A stretch of DNA of 32,000 bases from Candidatus Heimdallarchaeota archaeon (GTDB lineage: Archaea; Asgardarchaeota; Heimdallarchaeia; Hodarchaeales; Hodarchaeaceae). A model generated the notes under the pieces. It ran no database searches and was not told where the DNA came from. It was given only the letters and a program-made list of their open reading frames with translations. This document shows, in pieces, positions 1 to 8,523 of this stretch. The translations under genes were made by a program, and so were the position numbers. Where the stretch lies: NCBI GenBank assembly GCA_048881705.1, contig JBHLSH010000027.1, positions 9,563 through 41,562 of the forward strand, written 5' to 3'. Every line of letters starts with the position of its first letter. The stretch's first letter is position 1.

Positions 1-370
1 CTTTAGGTACCTTGATTCTTCGCGCCAGATCCTTGTCAAGTGTATCACCCCAAATCTGGGCTTTACATTTTATATGATTTGTAATTTCATCATAAGAATA
101 AAGACGAATCGCAAAAACGTTCAAAGGAGGAGTTTCAATGACTGTCACAGGAACAAATTGCTCCTGTTTATAAAATGGGGATCTTTTGTTGGCATTTATC
201 ATCGCAATGTGAGTCATTCCAGCTTTGTAACCTGCAAAGCCTAGTAAACGAGGGGTTTCTGTAGTTCTGAACGTTGGCCATGTCCTTATCCGCGATGTAT
301 GCCTTTTTGCCCTTTTTCTTCGATAGCCCAGCGATCCACGGTGCGGAGCGTGTTTCTTACGATGACCCAT
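1..370 (-). CDS. rpl3: Ribosomal protein uL3, N-terminal part (gene continues beyond the left window edge)
   Basis: Absent from the ORF track because it is open at the window edge. The reverse complement from 370 reads ATG GGT CAT CGT AAG AAA CAC GCT CCG CAC CGT GGA TCG CTG. This gives MGHRKKHAPHRGSLGYRRKRAKRHTSRIRTWP...PRLLGFAGYKAGMTHIAMINA..., the typical archaeal uL3 N-terminus. An AGGAG lies about 10 nt upstream of the ATG. Confidence 0.9.
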   Translation of the reverse strand, partial: MGHRKKHAPHRGSLGYRRKRAKRHTSRIRTWPTFRTTETPRLLGFAGYKAGMTHIAMINANKRSPFYKQEQFVPVTVIETPPLNVFAIRLYSYDEITNHIKCKAQIWGDTLDKDLARRIKVPK

Positions 371-451
371 AGGTGATGTCTCCTACTTCTTGTGCTAGCA
401 ATGTCCTTAGCAAAATCCTAGTGGTAAAATACCTGGATTATTCCGCAAACA

Positions 452-486
452 ACTATTAGATGCTTTTTCATTTCGACTATTAGATG
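452..486. repeat. Two copies of the 11-bp direct repeat ACTATTAGATG (452-462 and 476-486) in the uL3/endA divergent intergenic region
   Basis: Exact 11-mer seen twice, 24 bp start to start, 82-116 bp upstream of the uL3 ATG on the other strand. Function unknown. Confidence 0.5.
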
Positions 487-700
487 ATTTTGTGGATTCA
501 AGTAGGGTATGAGTCCGGAGGGAGTAGGAAAAAATGCCGTCCTTCCGAGTTTATAAGATTGCTCTTCCTAGCTTAAACTAAAAGCGGGCCTAGTAAGGGC
601 CGTGAGTATCGCAGCACATATAGAGAAAATTCGCTCAACCACATATATGGAACAATCCACCCAATCACCAAAAAGGCTAGACTAGTGGAAACTGTTTGAT

Positions 701-1342
701 ATGACTCCAGACACAGAGGCACCTGACGAAAACAAATTGGTGCCAAATCTCTATTATGACAAAACAAAATTACTCTTGACTGTTAATAATCCCGAAGCCC
801 GATATCTTCATGAGAACGGATTTTTTGGTAATTGGATTTCCGAGAATACGCTCTCATTGGCTCCTGAAGAAACATTACTTCTTTTAGATCGAGGAAGGAT
901 AGAAATATTTGATGCAACTTCAGGTCAACGGATAACATCATCCGAGCTTGTTACGCATTTCTTAAGTGAAATGGTGGACTTTTGGCCACGATATCTGGTG
1001 TATAAAGATCTCCGTAGCCGAGGATATGTGGTGAAAATCGGAACACGGGTAACGGCACCATTCCGAATATATTCTCGAGGTGGAAAACCAGGTGAATCAG
1101 TAAGCAACGTTTCAGTCTTTCCTCTTGCAGAAGGGAACTTCCTAGATCTAGATTTTTTAGATCAAATTGTCTCTCAAGCAAGGATAGATCGAAAAAAGCT
1201 CTTACTGTCCGTCATAGATAGATTGGGAGACGTAACATACTATACAGCTTCCCAGCTAGAACTTGAACGAAATGAATTGGAATATGAATATAGGGATGAA
1301 GGAGTAGATATTACTCCTGATCTTCCAAAGAGACGAGAATAA
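701..1342 (+). CDS. endA: tRNA-splicing endonuclease family subunit (EndA fold), probably a non-catalytic/structural paralog
   Basis: The C-terminal domain reads YLVYKDLRSRGYVVKIGTRVTAPFRIYSRGG...ARIDRKKLLLSVID, matching the EndA catalytic-domain pattern (YxVYxDLRxRGxxVKxG..F..FRVY ... RKKLLLAV). Tyr (Y124) and Lys (K165/166) are present, but there is no His anywhere in residues 87-213. Confidence 0.8.
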   Translation: MTPDTEAPDENKLVPNLYYDKTKLLLTVNNPEARYLHENGFFGNWISENTLSLAPEETLLLLDRGRIEIFDATSGQRITSSELVTHFLSEMVDFWPRYLVYKDLRSRGYVVKIGTRVTAPFRIYSRGGKPGESVSNVSVFPLAEGNFLDLDFLDQIVSQARIDRKKLLLSVIDRLGDVTYYTASQLELERNELEYEYRDEGVDITPDLPKRRE

Positions 1343-3237
1343 TGGCAGATATATATGAATTTAATTCAGAGTCGGCTACTTATGTTCCTGATACATCTGT
1401 CATTATTTCCGGCGAATTTAGAAAGTTCTTAACCGAGAAAAAAATCGAAACTGGCTCAAAAATCATTATTCATGCTTCATTACTAGCAGAACTGGAATAT
1501 CAGGCCAACAATGGACGTAAAAGTGGGCTTGCGGGATTAAACGAAATCAGACGTTTGCGGCGGTTTTGCGATGAATATGACATTCTTTTTGAATATGCCG
1601 GCAGAAGGCCTAATGTATCAGAAATCAAACTAGCTAGGGCTGGGGAAATAGATGCACTAATACGTGATTTTGCTTGGAGAGCAACTGGTATACTAATAAC
1701 ATCAGATAAGATCCAACACTTAAGTACCGAAGCTATAGGAGGAGAAAGCATTTATCTTCAACCTTCGAAATCAGACCTTGAGAAAACTTTAGGTATAGAA
1801 CGTTACTTTGATAGTGAAACATTGTCTGTTCACCTAAAACAGGGTGCAAAGACCTATGTTAAACGTGGAAAGCCAGGCTATGTCACATTTGAGGCTTTTT
1901 CGGACGAAATATGCAGTAAAACGGATTTGAAGGAATATGCTGATGAGATCATCCAGAAAGCACAGTTATTCGAAGACGCTTTTATTGAGATAGATCGACC
2001 TGGTTCCACAATTGTGCAATACGCCAATATGCGGATTGTGATTTGTCGTCCCCCTTTTGCTGATGGGTGGGAAATCACAGCAGTGCGTCCCCTTGTCAAT
2101 CTTACAATCGAAGATTATTCTCTTTCATCAAATCTGATGGATAGATTAATAAGAAGGGCCGAGGGAATATTGATCGCAGGCAGTCCTGGAGCAGGAAAAA
2201 CAACCTTTGCACGAGCTTTAGCCTTATTCTATGAAAGTCATTCACAGGTCATCAAAACTATTGAATCTCCTCGGGATCTCGATCTGAAAACAGAGATTAC
2301 TCAATATTCAAAAAACTTCGGTAAACGTACTGAAATCCAGGACATTCTCCTCCTCTCAAGACCAGATTACACAATATTTGATGAGATACGAGATACCGAA
2401 GATTTTAAATTATATAATGACCTTCGATTAGCAGGAATCGGACTGGTTGGAGTAATCCATTCGAGTACCGCCATCGATGCTATCCAACGTTTTATCGGAC
2501 GGCTAGAATTAGGTGTAATTCCCAGTGTTCTTGATACAATAATCTATATCAAGGCCGGGATGGTTTCACAAGTTCTCGAAGTCAAAATGACGGTGAAGGT
2601 TCCTTCTGGATTGACAGAAAGTGACTTGGCTCGTCCCGTTGTGGAAGTTCGTGACTTTGAGACAAGCGAATTAGTTTATGAGCTATATACGTTCGGCGAA
2701 CAGACAGTTGTAATTCCACTGGATGATATTGCTAATAGAATTGAGGAAATTGATGTTTCCACTCTTCAAGAAATTACCGAAGCAATTGAGCAGCTCACTC
2801 AGTACCCTGTTACCATCCATCCCAAGGGCCAGCATGGAAGGCGGTTTAGGGTTGAATGTGCGATTCAAGATATTCCTGTGGTGATTGGTCGTGGAGGAGA
2901 GACTATAAAGATGCTAGAAAAGACATTCGGAGTCAAGCTGGACATCGATAGAAGTAAATCCAATCCAATTCAGGCCAATTTTGACCAGCCTTCGCTATTA
3001 CGCTCGAATATGCTAGGTCTCCATAAAAAAACTATCCAACTGCGGTTTCCAAAGAAGATGAAGAATAAAGAGATTCAATTCCTACTTGAAAGGCCAAATG
3101 GAACCTTGAAACCATTCTATATGGCCACAACTGGAAGATCAGGGAAAATTAAGCTCTCTTCAACAAGTGAGGAAGGTCAGCTTTTCAGAGATAGCGTTGA
3201 ACCCGAGGGGCAACGAATCTTCTGGAAAGTGATCTAA
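1342..3237 (+). CDS. PIN domain / PilT-like ATPase / KH domain protein (COG1855-type archaeal ATPase)
   Basis: N-terminal PIN-like start (YVPDTSVIISGEF). Walker A LIAGSPGAGKTTFARAL. Walker B-like DYTIFDEIRD. A C-terminal KH-like GxxG element (IPVVIGRGGETIKMLEKTFGVKLDI). The ATG overlaps the endA stop (TAATG at 1340-1344). Confidence 0.8.
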   Translation: MADIYEFNSESATYVPDTSVIISGEFRKFLTEKKIETGSKIIIHASLLAELEYQANNGRKSGLAGLNEIRRLRRFCDEYDILFEYAGRRPNVSEIKLARAGEIDALIRDFAWRATGILITSDKIQHLSTEAIGGESIYLQPSKSDLEKTLGIERYFDSETLSVHLKQGAKTYVKRGKPGYVTFEAFSDEICSKTDLKEYADEIIQKAQLFEDAFIEIDRPGSTIVQYANMRIVICRPPFADGWEITAVRPLVNLTIEDYSLSSNLMDRLIRRAEGILIAGSPGAGKTTFARALALFYESHSQVIKTIESPRDLDLKTEITQYSKNFGKRTEIQDILLLSRPDYTIFDEIRDTEDFKLYNDLRLAGIGLVGVIHSSTAIDAIQRFIGRLELGVIPSVLDTIIYIKAGMVSQVLEVKMTVKVPSGLTESDLARPVVEVRDFETSELVYELYTFGEQTVVIPLDDIANRIEEIDVSTLQEITEAIEQLTQYPVTIHPKGQHGRRFRVECAIQDIPVVIGRGGETIKMLEKTFGVKLDIDRSKSNPIQANFDQPSLLRSNMLGLHKKTIQLRFPKKMKNKEIQFLLERPNGTLKPFYMATTGRSGKIKLSSTSEEGQLFRDSVEPEGQRIFWKVI

Positions 3238-3320
3238 CAAAGGACGAAATTCTCAATTTCTGTTAAACTCGAATCTGAAATCCCGAAAGAAAAAAAGAGG
3301 AAGGTAAAGATCTGAAGATT

Positions 3321-5006
3321 CTATTCTTCCTTAAAAATCTCGCGTAATCGTCTTAATTCACTGAGCATTTCTCCACGTAATTCTGCAATGGAAGTGGAAC
3401 GCGCATCAGCGATTAGATCCAAGGGAGATTGATCCGATACAGGGGGAGCGGGTGTACTTGGTGCTGGAGGGGGAGTTGGAATAGAAGGTGTCGGAGCTGG
3501 TGTAGCTGGCGGAATGGAAGAGGAAGGCGTTGGAGGAGGCATCCTAGGAGTGGGTTGCGCTGCAGCTGGCCCAGGTTCATCGCTTAACACTGTTTCAATA
3601 GCGGTCGCCCGTTCTCCAAGTGCACTATCAAAAACGGCGGCCCTACTAGTTGCTTTATCTCCCAACTGCCTCCTTAGCCTTGATAGTCGGGATCGAACCA
3701 CTTCGTCTCTGGTTTGGATCTGTTTAACCAAGGCCTCATATACACGGGGGCGAAATTGATCCTTCCGTGCGGCTTCTTTGAAGTTTGCAACCAAGATTTT
3801 ATTGGATTCAGTTACCAATTCAAGATACGTCCTTATCTCGCTGGGCGTTGCCTTAACACCTGGAAGAGAATCCAACGCTGGGCCAATCGACGGAGTGGTA
3901 CCTCCAAAATGCTCAGTCTCGAAAAATATAATTGAACCCAGAAAAATTACGGCAATTAAGGTCATAACAGTTCCGTTTATGAAAAACACATCCCAGGTCA
4001 TACCTTGGATTGTGTTGTCTAGAATTGACTGGCCTCCCAGGATAGCAGAAACCTCGGGTGAACCAGGTAGCACCTGAATGGCTGCGATCACTACCTGAAT
4101 AACTCCTAGTAGAAGGATGAACAAGAATACGTACCTGAATTTTTGAATAAAACCTTGGGCCTGCGGCGAGCTGCTGATTAGAAGCATTCCTAGGAAAAGG
4201 AATACGGCTCCAAAGCCTAGGAAAGCCCAATAACCAAAGCCAGTAACGATTTCCAAAGGTAAAATCCCAAGACCTAGAAAATCATCTAAGAACCCAATAC
4301 TAGGGATGATATAGAGTATTACTCCTATAAGCGCCATGAGAAACCATAGGAATCGTAGAGTGTGCATCCTATCTCGAAATTCAGGGCTACCGCTGATAAT
4401 CATAGGAAGAAGCCCCAAAAGCATTACGATAGTTCCATAGAGGTAGAAATTCAGCCACATTGATACATCCAGATCAATAGAATCCGTTAATCCAAGGCTC
4501 ATAAAATCATCGAGTTTGGTAACCAGACTAACAATTACCAATAGGAAACCAATGAGAAAAATGAGCAGATAGACGAATTTCAGCCTCCAAATTCGCCAGC
4601 GGTCCTGGGCACTGAGCAAAAGCGTTGCAAATGCAAAAGTAGCAAAAATGGCTCCAAAATAATAATATTCCTTCCAGTCATGACGTGGATCCAAAGGAGT
4701 GAGAAAATTCGGAGTTAATAATGAATAAACCAATATCAATAATCCTAATCCAAAAAGAAGTAGTAAATGAACATAAATTTGCCTTACAGAATTTTTTCCA
4801 CCAGTATCAAGAGACACGAGAGCAGGGTAATATCCCAGTGCCAAAAAGAAGCCAAATACTACTAGATAACTGTAATCAAAGCCATAAAAAACACGAGGTG
4901 TCCCACCCATGCCGGTCCAGTATAATAGACCAAGCGCCATGAGAAAAACACCCAGGCTGGCCAGAGTAACCAAAAGCTTTTGCGATCTTATAACAATCTG
5001 TCGCAT
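3321..5006 (-). CDS. Polytopic membrane protein (about 11 TM segments) with cytoplasmic coiled segment, Pro/Thr-rich linker and C-terminal amphipathic helix; function unknown
   Basis: Long ORF with about 370 aa of hydrophobic helices. These are followed by EIRTYLELVTESNKILVANFKEAARKDQ..., then 51 aa of PxP/TP low complexity (residues 478-528, nt 3423-3575), then LDLIADARSTSIAELRGEMLSELRRLREIFKEE. Confidence 0.7.
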   Translation of the reverse strand: MRQIVIRSQKLLVTLASLGVFLMALGLLYWTGMGGTPRVFYGFDYSYLVVFGFFLALGYYPALVSLDTGGKNSVRQIYVHLLLLFGLGLLILVYSLLTPNFLTPLDPRHDWKEYYYFGAIFATFAFATLLLSAQDRWRIWRLKFVYLLIFLIGFLLVIVSLVTKLDDFMSLGLTDSIDLDVSMWLNFYLYGTIVMLLGLLPMIISGSPEFRDRMHTLRFLWFLMALIGVILYIIPSIGFLDDFLGLGILPLEIVTGFGYWAFLGFGAVFLFLGMLLISSSPQAQGFIQKFRYVFLFILLLGVIQVVIAAIQVLPGSPEVSAILGGQSILDNTIQGMTWDVFFINGTVMTLIAVIFLGSIIFFETEHFGGTTPSIGPALDSLPGVKATPSEIRTYLELVTESNKILVANFKEAARKDQFRPRVYEALVKQIQTRDEVVRSRLSRLRRQLGDKATSRAAVFDSALGERATAIETVLSDEPGPAAAQPTPRMPPPTPSSSIPPATPAPTPSIPTPPPAPSTPAPPVSDQSPLDLIADARSTSIAELRGEMLSELRRLREIFKEE

Positions 5007-5892
5007 TAGAATTCCTCACATAACATATGGCCGCATTTTATGAATATTTAAAAAACCTAAGGGGCACGTCCATAAATCAGGTTCTAGTTCAGCTATGTTA
5101 GTGAGCTCCCAATTAAAGTTTTCCCATTAATAGTGGTCTCTATGTTAACCTCAATAAGGGGCAACCGAGATAAGTGCGCTAAGTGATCACTAGATGACGG
5201 TATCTTATCAAATACCCGACAATGATAGATAAGATCCTTAACCCATCTGTTGCCTAGTTCGCCGAAGATCTTCAAGTTTAAAGATGTCGCAACGGGATTA
5301 CGGTGACCGGAGATTGTCCTGTAACGAAACTTATAAGCGTTCAAGAACTTAAACCTATTGCCTTAAACATCCAAAATCTAAAATCCAAAGGGTTGGTTTG
5401 TGCCAGCCAGTATAAAGCAAGAAAAAAAGATGCAAAATCTAGTGTTACGCCTATTGCCGAGATATTCTAGCCCGGTAGGAAGCATGCCTGGAAAGCATGT
5501 GTGCTTTGCACTCGTGGGTTCAAAAGCGGAGAAACAGTTGGTTCTGTTGCTGGATTTCCCACTCTCGGCGTTTACCACCATCCTAGATTGCATAACTAGT
5601 TTAATCTTTTATAGTTAGCATGACTGAGATGGAGGGTGTTATGTGCTTAAGGCACGGAAATATTGCCAAGATACTGCGAGCCCTCGAGATGCTCGATTAC
5701 AGAGGGAGAGAGTTTTTTGCTAGGAGGTTTTTTGCCCCCATCCTTCATGGTTTGATATTCTCCCGAAACACGCTACCCTCAAGAAATGAAAATATAAAAG
5801 AATCACATGATTCCCCTCTTGGTAAGAGGAAATTTCGCTGTCCAGCCCTATCATGGCACAATTTTAACAATTGAATAGCAGGATGAAAGAAC

Positions 5893-6345
5893 TTGGAGTA
5901 TAACCATCAACTTCGGATTGTGGGCACTGATTGCCCAGGTGATTGGTTGATTAGCCGAGCTTTAACAAAAATAAGAGGCGTTGGTTATCGATTGGCAATC
6001 CAGATCTGTGAAAAGGCCGAAATAGATCCAGATATGCGTTGCGGATTCCTCACCGATGATGAGGTTCAATTAATAGAAGATATTATGGCTTCGATTGAAC
6101 AATGGGGCGTTCCAATATGGATGCTTAATCGTCAAAAGGATCTTGTGACTGGTGAGGATCTTCATTTGGTGGGTACTGATTTAATAGATTCACTCCGAGT
6201 TGACGTCGAACGAGAAAAGAAAACACGCTCCTGGCGCGGAATACGGCATTATTTAGGGCTACCTGTGCGCGGACAACGGACGAAAACATCCGGCCGTAAA
6301 GGCGCTACTATTGGAGTCACTCGAAAGAAAAGAATGCAACCGTAA
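5893..6345 (+). CDS. rps13: Ribosomal protein uS13
   Basis: RIVGTDCPGD...ALTKIRGVGYRLAIQICEKAEIDPDMR...SWRGIRHYLGLPVRGQRTKTSGRKG is the uS13 signature. An in-frame TGA at 5884-5886 leaves TTG 5893 as the first possible start. Confidence 0.9.
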   Translation: MEYNHQLRIVGTDCPGDWLISRALTKIRGVGYRLAIQICEKAEIDPDMRCGFLTDDEVQLIEDIMASIEQWGVPIWMLNRQKDLVTGEDLHLVGTDLIDSLRVDVEREKKTRSWRGIRHYLGLPVRGQRTKTSGRKGATIGVTRKKRMQP

Positions 6346-6358
6346 CGGTGATGAGAAG

Positions 6359-6898
6359 TTGGGTGATCCTAGAAGATTACGAAAAAAATACGTTGGACCG
6401 CGTCATCCATTTAGTAAAATCAGATTTGAGGAAGAGATCAAGTATATCGGGATCTATGGTCTTCGTAACAAGAAAGAGATATGGAAGGCCCAAACAACCT
6501 TGCGTAAGTACAGATCTCGTGGTCGCAAATCTCTCGCCTTACCAGAACAACAGCGTGAAAAAGAGAGAGAAATCCTTGTTCAAAAACTGTATAAATTGGG
6601 CATCATGCCTGTAGAGGATGGATTAATAGATGAAGTTCTCTCTTTGTCCGTGGAACGCATTTTGGAACGTAGATTACAGTCCGTTGTACACGAACTGGGT
6701 CTTGCCAAAACACCTTGGATGGCTCGACAACTTATTGTACATGGCCATGTTGCCATCGGAGACAGGAAAGTTACCTCGCCGAGCTACCATGTTAAACGCG
6801 GGGAAGAAGAACTGATTGCATATTCGCCAGACTCACCTTTCAATGACCCTTCCCATCCTGCCCTTACTCTGCCGACATCAGAGGGAAGATCTGGATAA
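6359..6898 (+). CDS. rps4: Ribosomal protein uS4
   Basis: (M)GDPRRLRKKYVGPRHPF...IYGLRNKKEIWKAQTTLRKYR plus a C-terminal S4 RNA-binding domain (LQSVVHELGLAKTPWMARQLIVHGHVAIGDRKVTSPSY). I place the start at TTG 6359 because archaeal uS4 begins MGDP.K.RKKY. The track's 6311 start would overlap uS13. Confidence 0.88.
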   Translation: MGDPRRLRKKYVGPRHPFSKIRFEEEIKYIGIYGLRNKKEIWKAQTTLRKYRSRGRKSLALPEQQREKEREILVQKLYKLGIMPVEDGLIDEVLSLSVERILERRLQSVVHELGLAKTPWMARQLIVHGHVAIGDRKVTSPSYHVKRGEEELIAYSPDSPFNDPSHPALTLPTSEGRSG

Positions 6899-6926
6899 AC
6901 ACTTATGACTATGGAGACGAAAAATT

Positions 6927-7328
6927 ATGTCCAAAAATGTAAAAGGGCCAATGCAAGCCATTGCCCATATCCTGAGCTCTTATAACAACACCATAATCAC
7001 CCTTACTGATATGACTGGCGCAGAAACCATTGCCAAGTCCTCTGGAGGACAAGTAGTTCGAGCAGACAGGAATCAATCCTCACCTTATGCTGCTATGAAA
7101 GTCGGGCATACCATTGCCCGTGTTGCTAAGGAAAAGGGAATTCAACAGATTGTGGTTAAGGTACGGGCTCCAGGTGGTTCTGGTGCTCGAAATCCTGGCC
7201 CTGGAGCTCAGGCTGCCATCAGAGCCTTGGCCAGGTCAGGCCTACATATTACTCGCATCGAAGAGGTCACACCCATCCCCCACGATAGTACTCGCCAGCG
7301 GGGTGGGCGTCGGGGTCGAAGAGTTTAA
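6927..7328 (+). CDS. rps11: Ribosomal protein uS11
   Basis: [29 protein letters not shown]...[21 protein letters not shown]...VKVRAPGG...[30 protein letters not shown] matches the uS11 pattern. Confidence 0.92.
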   Translation: MSKNVKGPMQAIAHILSSYNNTIITLTDMTGAETIAKSSGGQVVRADRNQSSPYAAMKVGHTIARVAKEKGIQQIVVKVRAPGGSGARNPGPGAQAAIRALARSGLHITRIEEVTPIPHDSTRQRGGRRGRRV

Positions 7329-7357
7329 TTTCATAAGTTTCCCTGAAATCATAGGAT

Positions 7358-8359
7358 CTAAAGGACTATGTTCCGAGCTCGCCCCCATAAAGATGGATAA
7401 CTATAAGGCCGCATAAAAACGGTTCGAGGGCGAGCACAAATGCCAGTTGAGCCGTTTAAGATTTCTTTGGTGCTCATCGTGCCTTGGGCAAAAGCAACTA
7501 ACTCTCCCTTCATTGTCATTATAGCAATCATAGTTTTGTCAGAAATCCCATTTGTTACACGGACCACACCAGGAAGCGTCAGCGCTGCGCCGTGACAAAT
7601 CGCATCAACCGCGGAATCACGAATAAAAAGTTTGGGAAGGCTAGAACAAAGAATCTCAGCTGGTTGTACAAATTTGCGGATTAGGGTTTCATCGCCTTCC
7701 ATCTTGTAATAATACCATGCATCTCTGAGATCATCCAATGTGACACATGTCGTCTCTGTGAACACCCCTGTTTGTGTTCTTCGAAGTTCAGCCATATGAG
7801 CTCCAGTGCCAAGAACCAGACCAACATCATAGCATAACTTGCGAATATAGGTACCTGCTTCACATTTCACACGAAGTAGCCATAACTGGTTTGAAGGATC
7901 GTTTTCGATAAAATCTAGCTCGTAAATCTGCCGGACACGCAATCTTCGTTTAACATTACTCCTTAGCGGAGGAGTTTGATATATCTTACCTCTGAAATCA
8001 TCTATGACAGTAGCTAGTTGGATCTTAGAAATCGGTTCATGAGTTTTTAAAACGCAAATGTATTCTTTACCTGAAAGTAGTAAAACCTGGAGAGCTCGCG
8101 TTGCACGTTCAAGAGCTACAGGTAGGCATCCAGTGACTGAGGGATCTAAGGTTCCCCCATGTCCCGCCTTTTTTAGACCAAGGATCTGCTTTACCCAGGC
8201 AGTTACTTCATGAGAAGTTGGATTGGCTGGCTTGTCGATATTTATAATTCCTAAATCTAAAAGTTCGGGAATCGACCTTTCCTGAGGCGTTATTCCAAAT
8301 GATGGGTCTGTTTCATATTCCTTAACCTTCTCATACAGAACCCGAGGATGAGGATCCAT
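7358..8359 (-). CDS. cbf5: H/ACA RNP pseudouridine synthase Cbf5 (TruB family with C-terminal PUA domain)
   Basis: INIDKPANPTSHEV...KKAGHGGTLDPSVTGCLPVAL (TruB catalytic Asp motif), GTYIRKLCYDVG, and a PUA-like C-terminus (KLFIRDSAVDAICHGAALTLPGV). Confidence 0.92.
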   Translation of the reverse strand: MDPHPRVLYEKVKEYETDPSFGITPQERSIPELLDLGIINIDKPANPTSHEVTAWVKQILGLKKAGHGGTLDPSVTGCLPVALERATRALQVLLLSGKEYICVLKTHEPISKIQLATVIDDFRGKIYQTPPLRSNVKRRLRVRQIYELDFIENDPSNQLWLLRVKCEAGTYIRKLCYDVGLVLGTGAHMAELRRTQTGVFTETTCVTLDDLRDAWYYYKMEGDETLIRKFVQPAEILCSSLPKLFIRDSAVDAICHGAALTLPGVVRVTNGISDKTMIAIMTMKGELVAFAQGTMSTKEILNGSTGICARPRTVFMRPYSYPSLWGRARNIVL

Positions 8360-8523
8360 TATCTATCCCGTAATTTGGGCTTATAACCAGGCGGCCGTCA
8401 ATTATAAAGCAAGACAGCATCGAGTGAGAGGAATTAAGAACGAAAGAAAACAGTTTCCGTCTTCTAGAACTAAAGCAAATGAAAAAGAGTTAAATTTTGT
8501 GTACGAGGAAATGTGCGCTTTAT

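Noticed and set aside
3324-3422. C-terminal helix of the membrane protein as a bona fide ESCRT-III MIM1 motif
   Set aside because: The sequence ELRGEMLSELRRLREI cannot be aligned to (D/E)xxLxxRLxxL(K/R) without mismatches at key positions. Kept only as a loose resemblance in a low-interest finding.
5093-5344. 83-aa minus-strand ORF (MNAYKFRYRTISGHRNP...) plus the 72- and 84-aa plus-strand ORFs at 5400-5874
   Set aside because: No recognisable motif or domain pattern and no convincing SD or promoter. They overlap the structured/GC-rich patch. Not reported as genes, though a homology search could rescue one.
5471-5500. CCCGGUAGGAAGCAUGCC resembles the SRP RNA helix 8 apex (GGUCCGGAAGGAAGCAGCC in 4.5S/7S RNA), suggesting an SRP RNA gene
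   Set aside because: The loop would be GGUA, not GNRA/GGAA. The third closing pair would be C-A. The strands flanking the AGCA symmetric-loop motif do not pair. No Alu-domain or helix 5 pairing could be built. Left as an unassigned candidate ncRNA region instead.
5490-5550. GGAAAG and ACAGAA (minus strand) fragments reminiscent of RNase P RNA CR-I/CR-V
   Set aside because: The full motifs (GAGGAAAGUCC, ACAGAA..GGCUUA) are absent and the two fragments lie on opposite strands.
6311-6358. Upstream TTG start for uS4 given by the ORF track, and the alternative-frame ORFs 6348-6614 and 6630-6815
   Set aside because: The extension (MESLERKECNRNGDEK) overlaps uS13 and is not part of the conserved uS4 N-terminus, which begins MGDP. 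The other ORFs are off-frame shadows of uS4.
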